From Klebsormidium nitens (lineage: Eukaryota; Plantae; Klebsormidiophyceae), in assembly GCA_000708835.1 (NCBI GenBank), contig DF237271.1, positions 38,855-102,854 of the forward strand: a DNA stretch of 64,000 bases, in the 5' to 3' direction. Shown piece by piece: positions 32,901-44,016 of the stretch. The notes under the pieces were generated by a model. The model searched no databases, was not told the origin of the DNA, and was given only the letters and a program-made list of their open reading frames with translations. Made by a program: the position numbers and the translations under genes. The stretch's first letter is position 1. Every line of letters starts with the position of its first letter.

Positions 32901-35900
32901 GCCTCCCTCCTGGAGCCATCCGCTGTTTTGCCAATCCCTTTCACCCTCGTAGAATCCATTTTTGGTTACGATCTTAACCTCCCTCAACCCAATCCCTCAA
33001 CTCATTCTTCCCCAGCTTCCGCGCCTCGGGTTATCCAAACCGACGCCTCCCTCCTAGCTCCCTACACCGTGTCCCTGAACACGTCCACTCCCGGTGCTAC
33101 CATCCGGTACATTCACAGTCCACTGACTGGGCCCGTGCTGACGTCACCCCTCACGTGCAATACGCCCGAGGCGCTGGTTGCCGACGTCATAACGGGTGAC
33201 GTCGTCTTGTGGGAGTCCGGAGTGCTCACGGCGATCACGTGCAAGGACGGGATCTTTGACAGTGACGTCACCGTGAAACGGCTCACTCTGCAAGGTGAGC
33301 TCAGGAACGGCGTTTGCTGAAAGCGATGAGATTTTCTGACGTCAAGACGTACAAACTTAAACACTAGAATACAGGCTTTCTCTTGCATAAAAGTTGATAG
33401 CTGAACGGAACTCTCCTGCGCGAGGTTTCGTCGAAGGCAGACTTTTAATTACCGCTTCGCTCAGCTGATCAGGCAAAGTCTAGAACCAGCTCTGCAACTC
33501 TATCTCCAAGCCCTAACACATTTGACTGAGCAACTCAACACCTGGGGCTCAGTGTTAACCGCTAAAATCTTCCCAGCTTCTATTCCCATCTGAACATTTT
33601 CTCCATGCCCATTGCTAACCTCTTTGCTTTCTCCTCCCCCCCCCAGCTTCCCCGCCAAAGTTCACCCCCACCAAGGGCCTCGGCCCCTTCAACCTCACCA
33701 TCACTACGCGCACTTCCGGCGCGCTCCTCCTCTACACCTCCGACCCGAAAATCCCGCTAAGGTGCCCCTCGCTCGCCACACTTTCCGGGGGGTCCTCGGG
33801 ACCGTCCACGTCAGCGCCCCCCAGCAATTTCACGCTCGCTCCGACGGTTTTCTCTGGAACAACTCCGGTGGTTGTCCCGGTGACTGGGACGGCGCTTTGG
33901 AGGGCGACCGCGTGCCCGGCTGGAGGCGTCAGCCTGTCGCCCAGCGCGGAGGTCAATGCCACCGTCGTTGTGGCCCAAAGTGAGTTTTCCGGGCGACCTA
34001 TCGGCTGTTGAGCTCCTCAGCGGAAGGAGAGGAGATGTATACGTGGGCTGAAGCGGATTTCTAGGAGTGTCCGAGACGTGGTTACTTTATGCCGACTTCT
34101 TGTCACAAACTGCCTCGTCTTTGGTCTTAAAATGACTACATGTGAAGGCCAATGAGAGCATCTGCAACCTTCTGCATTTCAATCCTGTCCGTATTTTTCT
34201 GTCCGTTGAGCAGCAAATTCCAGCCCCGAAAATTGCAGCCCTGTCCGGGTTGGAATGAGAGACAGCTGTACGGGCACCCCTTCCCCGTCAGCTCAATTCA
34301 AGCGCGAATGCGACTCCGTTGATCATCTGATACCGACCCCTCCCTCTTTACGGTTCCTGGCCCTGACGTCACCGTCTCGCTCTGACATCACCTCCGCGCT
34401 CTCTCCCGCAGTCGACCCGTCCCTTCTGCCGGCTGGCCAGGCCCAGGTGACCGCCGAAGTGACGATCCTCGACGCGAATCTGTCCATCTTCAATGACACG
34501 AAGGCGCAGCTGCGCTTCGAGACGGCGATCGCTTCCGCCATCTCCCTTTACAAGAATCTGAATGTAAGTCGGCTTCATGGTTTCCTTTTCTGTACGATTC
34601 AGACGATATCTTTTGTTTCTGTGGCCGGGTATGGTGGTGGGATGTGCGGACCACTCGCTGCATCGCTGACAAGCAACCAGTTTTGGCTATTTCGGGTTGT
34701 TGCCTAAGATTCCTTGATGATTCTTTTTTAAGAGCATTGGTGCAACCTTTTCTGTTGAAAATCTCTTAGTTTTCTACTCTCAGCATCTCAGGATCCTCAT
34801 AAGCCATCTGGAAACGAAAAGGTTCTATTTTTCTGCTCATTTATACTCCGACAGAATGCATCGCAGGCAGTGTTCTTCAGGATCGTCAAGGTGCACAATC
34901 AAGCCGCTGTAGCTCGCACATGTTGCTTCCGAAGCAGTACGTTCAATCTCAGCCCGCTCCATATCCTTTCGGCATCTAGAATGGATCAGGGTGGTAAGCA
35001 AAGCCGTGAGAAGCTTCATTAAAATCGCGGTCATTTGTTGCGCAGGTGTCCCCCAACAACGTCATCGTGACGAGCATCGTCCTGGCCGGGCCGCCGGCCG
35101 GGCCGCCGGCCGGGTCCGCGGGGCGGAGCACCCTAGAAACGGGGCCCCGGTTTAAGCAAACGGGGACCCAACGCCGACTGCTGGCTTCTAACCAAACGTC
35201 AGCAAATGCCACGTCAGCAAAAGTCGCATCCGTTGGACCGACGTCATCCACCGCCCCCTCGAACCAGTCTCTGCCTTCGATCACGGTTTCTTCCGCGCCG
35301 CAAAGCTCAAACGCTTCCCTCGAGAACAGTGACCCTGGCACCAATACGACGTCTCTAGTTGTCCAGTTTACAGTGGTCACCACTCCGGTTCTGGCCCCCG
35401 CCGTCCGTTCCGCTCTGACGGCGTCCGTCCAGAACGGAACGCTCGCGAGCGCACTGACCGGAGCGGGTTTCAAAGTGGGGGGCTCCTCCGGGCCCGTGAG
35501 CGGACCCCCTGTAGCGGTGAGCAGCTCCAGTCTCGTGCCGACCGGTGCTTCTGCCCCGGGTGCCGCGCAGAATGTAACGAACGGTACCGTGGTGCCGGTG
35601 AGCGTTACCGCGGCCAACGGGGTGGCGCTGACGGCGACCGGGCTCCAATTCGCCGCAGCGGACGCGCAAAATTGCGTCTTCACGGCGCAGTCTGGGGGAT
35701 GCACGCTGAGGTAAGCAATCCTCGTAGCTGACGTGTCTATCTCCCCAACCTGAGCCCGCCCAGGATGCTGTTGCGAATCTTCGTTCCTGCTTCGATTAGG
35801 TGTTACTATCGTGCAGGGGAAAGAGTATCGAGCAGATGAGGAACAGACATTCACATTCCCTTGCATTTTGACTGCACGAAACGGGTCCATCCCGGAATGG

Positions 35901-38900
35901 ATGACAAAAGTTTGGAGAGACCAAGGAGACTCATGTAACAGGAAGAATTGAGAACGGATGAGTAGGTTTCAACGCTTGGTTTTCCTCTTTGCAGCCCGTC
36001 AGCCAACAAGCAGTGCGCGCGCCTCGTGAACTACACGCTGATCACCGCGGCCGGCCCCGCGGGGACCGCGTGCCCCGTCGGGCTGTCGCCCCTCTTGACA
36101 CGTGTCCAGGCGTTTGAGGGCTGCCCAGTTGAGCAATGTGGGGGCTCAGGTAAGCCTCGAGAACTCCTCGACTTTGAGTCACACGCAAGACGGCAACGTG
36201 GAGACATGCTGGGTGGATCTTCGATAGTCATCGCCAAAACTCCAGTTAGCTCCTCAATCGGAAAGAACCTCGCCTCTCCTCGTTGTGTGTGGACACGTTC
36301 TGCAGTGCCAAGTCTCTCGTCCTCTCATCGACGAAAGAAGATGACGTTTCCAGCCACTTCGGCTCTTTGCACTTGCTGCCATCAACTTATCAACGTCGGA
36401 GACATTATTGTTGCCACTGACACCCTGCCATTCCGTTCCATTCCGTTCCAGGCGGCAGCGGCGGCTCGTCCCTGCCGGTGGGCGTGTGGGTGGTCATTGC
36501 CGTCCTCATTGCGGTCCTCTTCGTTACTCTCATTGGGGGTCTTATTTTGTACCGCGCGAGGAGCCGCAGAGCGCGCGAGCCGCGCACCGCAAAGGACCCC
36601 GAGACCACTTGGCAAGCGCCCGTGGTAAGTTCTGGAAGCTTTTGAATCAATTCTGTGACTGATTGCTCGTAAGGTTGGAACTCGAAAGGTCGTGTTACTT
36701 GAAACAACAAACGCGAAAATCAGGTAAATGCACGTGGCAATGTAGCTTGTTTTGGGGAGTCGCCAAGCCCAATGCTTTAAAGCGAAGAACTCGCTTTGAA
36801 TTGGCTTCTTGCATCCTTTTTGTTAATCCTCCTTCTCTCGGTGAGCCTGCGATTTGAAACAGCTGTTATGTTGAACGCTCTACATCACTAGCAGTGCCCG
36901 TGGAAATGCGCCCTGCAGCTTTCAGATTCTCTTGCTTGGGTTTAGGCACAACCCGCTTTCTTCATCTTATCATCATCTTAACCGAGTCCTGCGGTCTCAC
37001 GTCAACTCGCCAAGCTTCCATTACCCGCAAGCAAACCAACGAAAGAGACTCCATCCCTCCTCAACCCGTGTGATAACAACACCATCTCTGTCTTTCGTCT
37101 TCGAAGAACAGCTCCTCAACACACTGGTTAACTCTAGATTGTAAAAACGAGAGATTGATCTTAGATACGTAAGCCCAGGGAACCTCAACTAAAAGCCCAG
37201 AATTTTACGCACTCCGCACACGCAACCACCGTATCCCCAAAACTAGCCCTATCCCCGGGTGCTTACCTTCAAAATCCAACCGAGAGTAACCGAAGTTTCT
37301 TCAAGCTTGCTTTTCCAACCCTTTTTTTCTTCTTTCAGAGGAGCGCCCCGACTGCTAGCCACTTTCAGAGCGGAGGCGACGTGGGCATGCGGGGCGCGCC
37401 CATGTGGGACAGCGCGACCGTCGCGCGCGCGGGGCACAGCGACGTCGCGGACGCGCGCGAGCGCCAAGCGGGCGCGGAGGAGGGCAGCATCGTCGACTTT
37501 GAGGTGCGCGTCTGCTTCTGAGAACCTCGATTCCGCGCATGAAACCGAGTTTGATAGGTGTTCAGATCTTCTGCCGAGCGCGCAAGCATATCACCCTATT
37601 GTACTTAAACTTCTATCTGAATGTATGCTTAGGGCGTTCCAAACAAGATAACTCTGTTTGCTGGATTTCAAAGACAAAAAAAGCATGATAGAGGTAAGGT
37701 TCATGAAATAAATCGTGGGGTCCAGACGACGTGGAGGGTAGATCCAGGAAAAAAGGTGGATCCAGGTTGGGGGCTAGGCTGGATATGAGTGCGAAGCCTA
37801 TTTTAGTGTTTTACCGATTCTTGGATCTCTAAAACGCGGTTTTCAATAACGGCTGATACAGCGGTTGTCTGTTTTTGCGGAAGGATTTCCAATCGGAGCA
37901 TCTTGGTGCGTTCTGTGCAAAAAGGTCTTCTGTTTGCATCCATAAGCGCTTCAACCTACCTTGAAATACTTCCTTGCTTTGACCATCATTCTCTAGGTTG
38001 AGAAGGAACAAAGACTGAATCTCTTCGCTCCTGTTCCTGACAGACCTATTGCGAGGCCTGGGACCGTCGATTCGTCAACTCCGCGGGCGGCCGCCAAGCG
38101 GGGCCGATTCACACCACCAGCGACGCAGGAGACGAAACGTCAACGGAGCCCATTCACACGGGAGCCGAGTTCGAGGACAAGCCAGTGGACGACGGGCACG
38201 TGGCAATAGAGGAGCGCCTTCTCACCAAGGCGCGGGAGCGCGTTCACACCGAAGCAGAGGAGCCGTGCAAGAAGAAGCAGCGGCAGAGGACCCTGTCGAT
38301 CTCGTATGACGACACATCGCCTATCGTTGACCCGCTCAACGTGGAAAGCAGCGCCTCGGGCCCGATCTTCGACGCTCCATCGCTTATAGCGCCGACACAA
38401 TCGCCTATGCACGCCGACTTTTTGGACCAGTCCAAATCGGGCTCCTTAGTGTTGGGCTCCGCACTCTCGTCCCCAGCTGAGACGTCGGCCGTAAACACAG
38501 CCTTGGTCAGCTCTGAACCCGAGGGTTTTGAGGGCGCCAACGCGGCCGCGAAGCGCGTTCGTGCCGGGGGTAAGGGTTTTAGCGAGGACAGTATGGAGGA
38601 GGTTGTCCTCGAGATGATGCGCATCGACCAGGAGTCGGTCGCGCGGCCGGGCTTCGCGTCGCCAGCGGGCGCGGCGAAGCCCCAGGGTTTGGGCGGGGTT
38701 TGGGAGGAGGGCAAGGTCACCGAGAAGGTGACGTCAGTCGAGGGCGGCGCCGTGACGTTGACCGCATTCGAAAACTGGCCGCTCACCGCGCCCCAGCAGG
38801 AGACGGTCAACGAGATGACGTCCCAGATCCGCGTCGGGCTGACGCCACGCGACGTCAGCCCGAGCATGATGCGGCGGGGCGGCGTTCCGCTGCCAGCGCG

Positions 38901-40652
38901 GAACCCGAGCCCCGGTAACGGGAGCCGGAACCCCGGGCTGCCGCCGAGAGGGTTACCGGTAACTGGGGCGAAAACCCCGGGTTTGCCCCGCAGCACCAGC
39001 CCGGGGTTACCGAGGAGCCAGAGCCCGGCGGAGGGTGCCGGGAAAATGATCCACCGCAGCTCGACGCCGCCGTATTCCGCTGCGCCGAATCCGGAATCCT
39101 CCGGACTGCCCAGGAGAGCTAAGGTGAGGGGCGGACTTGCATAATTGTGAATCTGGACTTTGCGAGAATCGTACCCCTAGGCTCTCGCGTTCTCCAAGTC
39201 TCGTTTGTTGACCGAGACTTAAAATCTAACCGTGCGTACTGTGTGCTGACAAAAGCGCTTCGAACAGAAGTGGAGCTGGAAGCGAGCGCGGCTGACCGTC
39301 CTTCAGAGGAATGCAAAGAGTTTGTTCTCTCCTGCCGTTTCTTTTTGACGTGTGCACAATGTCTGACTCTCATACCTGGTGTGGTTTTTCCCTGCAAAGA
39401 ACTTCGGGTAAAACTTCGGAAAGGGCAGCCCGCCGCGTATGCAAACAGGGAAGAATTATTCGGATCCTTCTTTGAAATCAAAATGGTCGGTTAAAATATA
39501 ATTTTGAAACGAGACACGCTGAGTAAGATATCCTACTTTCGCATGACGATTTGCCAAAGGGCTTATACGGCTGAAACATACGTGATTTAGTGTGCCTTCT
39601 TTGCGGCAAAGAAACAGCAAGTCAGTCGTACGCAGACCCTTTCTCAAGCCCCGTTACAAGACTGAGCCATGCACAGCAAGTAAAATATTTCTGACCCCTC
39701 AGTGCCTCCATCGCAGACTCCCGACCTCCTCCAACGACCGCGCGAGGCCCTCACGCGCTACTCGCAGGGCTTCCTCACGCATCGATCCTCGCCCTCTACA
39801 CCCATCAAAGGTCGCCCGGAATCCGGCGAATTGGTTGGAACGGAAGCGGCGCCGGAGTCGGCGGAAAAGCGCCGGAGCAAGTCGTGCGAGCGGCCGCGCG
39901 AGCGGAGCGACAGCGACGAGCGGATCGACCGCGAACTCAAGAACCTGATCGTGCAGATGAAAGAAGGAATGGAGTGCCCAGAGCCTTTGGTGGTCAATTT
40001 TGACGACAAGGATGGTGTTTCGGCGGAAGGCGTTCCGGCGGACGGAACGGGGGCAATCAGCGATGCGGTCGATGCATCTAAGGAGGGCGGAAATGGAAGC
40101 AGAAATGGAAGCGGAACCGGAAGCGTCAAGCGGAGCGAGAGCCTAAGCAAGCTGGGCAAGCGAATCGGCTCTTGGATGAAGGGCGAGCCGAGGGGGATCC
40201 CCTCGGTGCCCGTGTCCGAGATCCACGTCGTCAACCGGACGTCCGAGAAATTAGAGGCGGGCAGCGTTACGGACGCGGACGACGACCGCAGCTCCATGAT
40301 GGGCGACAGCGAGCGCTCCGTCGGCTCGACCGCGGTCGCCCACGACCCGCAGGGTTTCAGGGTTTGGGCGTGGCTGCGGACCGCCGCGCACCCGGACGCG
40401 CGCAGCGTTGTGTCCGAGCCGGACGCCGCGGAGATGCGCGCGAGCGAGCCGGAGGTGTGCGCAAGCGACCCGGAGATGGGCGAGGTGCACGCGCGCGTGG
40501 AAGGGGACTCGAGCGGGGAGGCCTCGTTTTGGAAGAAGCGGATCTTCGGGCGCAGCCTTTCCACCATGACGTTTAACAGCCCGCCCAAGGACGGGGCCCA
40601 AGAGGAGCAGAGGCAGCAGCTTCGTCCGAGCTGGGCAGCCGTAAGCTACTAA
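26928..40652 (+). CDS. Large single-pass (type I) cell-surface protein, ~1811 aa: signal peptide, bacterial Ig-like, FN3, 4 x CHB_HEX_C/Fn3-associated-like repeats, SEA-like region, Cys-rich juxtamembrane module, TM, long disordered tail
   Basis: 19 phase-consistent exons totalling 5436 nt: 26928-27033, 27637-27822, 28383-28628, 29026-29400, 29822-29984, 30238-30307, 30703-30763, 31295-31391, 31841-31912, 32399-32520, 33016-33294, 33647-33979, 34412-34563, 35046-35710, 35995-36149, 36452-36624, 37339-37503, 38044-39123, 39717-40652. Signal peptide MAALT...FVTILLGLLVLVIGVQS; AIFSQPVAFVD..ITAANG and LQAGAFADASG (Big-like); VTVGGLAPNQGYLLLVSAID (FN3); TM VGVWVVIAVLIAVLFVTLIGGLILY followed by RARSRR. 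Confidence 0.86.
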
Positions 40653-40859
40653 TTGACTGGCCATAAGCTATACTACTTTACTAAAAACGTGGACAGCCGG
40701 CGATACAAGTAGCACGTAGCTAGAGCTAGCCATTTTTGGTCAAAGCCGTATGTATCATCCTTCGGCTGGGACCAAATATGAGATATTATAGCGTATGACG
40801 GATTTAATTCGAAAGAGTGGAACTGAAGGCTGGCACTTTAAGTTATGACTGACAAGGTT

Positions 40860-41450
40860 ACTTTAGATCAAGGAACTCTTAAGTGCGGGGCTATGGCATA
40901 CGGCGAATGGACCCGCTTTTGGAAGTTCCCTAGCACAGGTAGCTCTCACAGATCAGCACCTCGCTGATCTTATTAGTGGATTAGTAGGTAGATGCAAGAA
41001 CTGACTCGTGGCACGAATCCCGTACTATTCATCCGCGAACGACTGGCGAGATGACTTTTACCGGTTTTCAATACGTTCAAGAAGGCATCTGAAAGTTGAG
41101 TGCTCCGGGTCGTTTCGATCTTCATGACTATTTTTGCACGGTGGCGCCAATTCTGGACCACATATAGTTCCTTGTATGAATGATAGGGCCGGAAGCACTC
41201 TCACATCTGCTTCGGTGGTCTGCACGAGTGGGGACGTAGATCTTTCAATATTTGCCATGCTTGATCAAGGCCCCATCAGTGTCACCAGAAGGGCCATGCA
41301 TGATGACGTGGTTAACCCGAGAACCACGACTTCCATCAGCCGTAAGCAGAAATTCGCACTCTCAGTAGAGGTTTTCGACGATAGGATGGAACGAGTTGAT
41401 GATACCGTGGACTTTCACGAAGGCAAAAGACAATATCGTTTGATATAAAA
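40860..41450 (+). pseudogene. Decayed intronless ORF relic of unknown family
   Basis: One frame reads MQELTRGTNPVLFIRERLAR*LLPVFNTFKKASES*VLRVVSIFMTIFARWRQFW.... The TGA stops are compatible with CGA deamination. Confidence 0.25.
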
Positions 41451-41861
41451 GGGACTATATGTAGATCGATCTCGCTCACTTTGCAAGCGCCTCATGAGAT
41501 GAGGGTTGGCAAGATGAGCCAAGACTTGCAAGGAAACTTTATAACATAATCGAAGTAATCCAATCATCAAATAGTTGAATAGGACAGCTTACTGACGGTT
41601 CTGCAGATCGTACTGCTCAGCAACACTGCCGGCTCTCAGTACTTTTTTGTAGCTAGATGATCCGAGAAGTTGGACCTGACTATTCTCGCCAGTCAGCTGC
41701 GTTCACCCTGCAGCCGACCAGACACACTACTCGTCGACTAGCTCGGTAAATCTCGTTTTGCTGCCTCGAACGCTCGAAACACATTGTCGACTGACAATCT
41801 GAAACGTGTGAAGGAGATACTGCATCAAGAACACTTCCTGATCATCAAGTGTTCTTCCTGA

Positions 41862-42867
41862 CTATACGTCCGATCCAGCGCGCGCGCGCATCTCAATGTC
41901 ACCGCCCACGTTGTTTCCCGCCCGCAGCTTCCCATACGCCCTGGATAAACAACTAGAGCAGCGGTAGATGGCCGCAAATGCGATGGTCCACCAGCAGGTA
42001 ACGGCGACCGTTATGGCAAACCAGAGCCAGAATATCATGCCCACGTCGTGATCTACCTTGCTTTGAGAAGCCTGCTTGGCCTCCCGGATATAGAGCCCCT
42101 TGAATCTGGTTGCAACTATCCGTGAAACCCACGTAAACCTGGAAAATTTCTCTGATTGTGCAGGGGTAAATTGTCAGATTGGCCTTGCTAGCTGCTAGAA
42201 AGGCGTTCAAGCCTGCTGGGTCGGGCAATTCCACCGGGGTCGCGGGTTTTTGCGCTACCACCGCAAAGTACACAGTAGGGACCAAAAATACAAACATGGG
42301 TGGCAAGGAGACCCACAGATGAAAGTAAACCCACAGGAATTTCTGTTTCAAGGGCGCCGAACAAAACTCTTTTGTGAGGTCCAGGTCTTTCACAACTCCT
42401 GGCCTCAGCAAGTCTTTGGCATACTCCCTGAAGGATGGGTCACTGCACAGTCCTACGCAGTATAAGATCAACAAACCCAGGGTTATCAGCGACCAAATTG
42501 AACAAACCCCCTCGAAAACATCCCGAGCCCTGTGCCGAGGTTTGAGAAACGGGTCCTCGCCCTTTCTGACCATTTTAGGCGCGCTCGCGCACCCCCCTGG
42601 GTGCTCAATAGTGTAGAAGTCAAAAGGGGTTTCATACACACTTCCATTGCAGAGCTGCAACTGGAGAGGGGGGTGAAAGGGAACAAGCGGGTTGGGCTGA
42701 TTTGCGTTGTTTTGCAGATATGCGTTGATGCGCCCTGGGTCAAGCAGGCTGGTCGTCCCATTGACGTGGATGACGTATTCGACCGTGAAGGACTCACTCA
42801 ATTGAACAAAAGCTGTGGCGATGAGAGCTAAGAAGACAGCAAACGCGAACCTGGTAAAGCGCCCCAT
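41862..42867 (-). CDS. Intronless (or nearly) multi-pass membrane protein of unknown family; C-terminus in a second frame (frameshift or cryptic intron)
   Basis: 304-aa ORF with a signal peptide (MGRFTRFAFAVFLALIATAFVQLSES) and two hydrophobic segments. A third TM-like segment (MIFWLWFAITVAVTCWWTIAFAAIY) lies in an overlapping frame ending at 41862. Confidence 0.55.
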
Positions 42868-42936
42868 TATATCTCCCGTACTCTTTCGTTCTTAGTGATT
42901 AGCTACCTGTAGTCTTAATGTGCCGGGCGGAACTCA

Positions 42937-43639
42937 ATGGCTGAGTCATGCAGACTGAGTGACTTGCGCCGAGCGGGTCACGCGGCCGCTTACTTGCCGG
43001 GATTTGGGAGGTTTAAGTATGTGCAATGCTTGGAGCGGACTCGAGCGTCCGACACCGCGGCCGCGGCCGCGGAAGCCCTGGAGCAGGCGGATCGGCCAAC
43101 CATGTATTGCCATCGTTACTTGAGTGAGGGCGTCAGAAGCGACGTAGAGCTGGCAATTCACGCATCTCATAAGCGGCCCGTGCATCTCGTATAGGAGCGC
43201 TTCTTTGTGCTACCATCCGACGGGAATCAGTAGAATAGCGCGATGCATGTACTACGAAAACAAAGGTGATGTCGAGAATGGAATCCTGAAAATTGACGTT
43301 GATGATTGGAGACTCGAGTGTCATCATGCGGTCTACTATGCAATACCGAAGCAGATCATACTTTGCTCACTAGAGAAGACCACTGATCTCATCCGGTGCG
43401 CTCATGCGAAACGTTCTTCCTTCAGCAATTCGTGTTACAATAGCGCGTGCATGCGTTTGATGTTCAGATTTGACACCAGCTGGGCTATTGCGAAGAAACG
43501 AGGGCAGTACTTTTCGTGTTGTAATCCAATGATCTTCAAAAGCGGTGAATTTATCGGACAGATTCGGGTTGCCGGCCGCCCTTTCCAAGCCTTAGACGCT
43601 CATGCTCAGCCTTTAACGAGAGAGCAGACTGCTTATTGA
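42937..43639 (+). pseudogene. Unknown intronless ORF split by a +1 frameshift (42937-43194 and ~43148-43639)
   Basis: ATG at 42937, 69 bp from the divergent ATG at 42867. The second frame is open from 43148 to 43639 (…CMYYENKGDVENGILKIDVDDWRLECHHAVYY…). No family recognised. Confidence 0.4.
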
Positions 43640-43725
43640 CATAATTTAGCAGTCAGTCACATAAGTACTTGGCCATCTATCTCGTTGATTACTTGATATT
43701 CGGTCCGTTAGTTCGTTACTAGACT

Positions 43726-43929
43726 CTACTCTTGATCTGCCGCTGCCCCTCCCCGCTGTCGCCACTCCAGAATCTGGGCTCGCAGGTTCCTGTTTGGCAC
43801 TAAGGTCCAGGGCGTCGGCATGGCGAGGTTCGTCATGGGTGACGTGGGCCGACGCGCGAGCCAGGCCTCTATTGCCGCGCGTTCGTACGTGTAGCCGTCA
43901 GCAGCAATCACTGGGTCCTCCATAACAGC
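43726..43929 (-). pseudogene. U-box domain terminal exon with no upstream exons found in the window
   Basis: CTAAC branch-like motif and TTACAG acceptor, then AVMEDPVIAADGYTYERAAIEAWL..RPTSPMTN...LVPNRNLRAQILEW-stop. The CPI..Q part expected on the previous exon was not found. Confidence 0.75.
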
Positions 43930-44016
43930 CTGTAACAGAGATTCAGAGAGCTTTTCAATCTTGTGTCGTGGTGCATGAAGCACGTCCCATGTTAGGGGCT
44001 GAGCACCTCTGCAGAG

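Noticed and set aside
34976-35890. 304-aa minus-strand ORF
   Set aside because: Antisense to the 665-nt Ser/Thr/Ala-rich exon 35046-35710.
38244-40588. Long minus-strand ORFs (38244-38996, 39758-40588, 40251-40664)
   Set aside because: Antisense shadows of GC-rich exons 18-19 of the surface-protein gene; no independent motifs or splice context.
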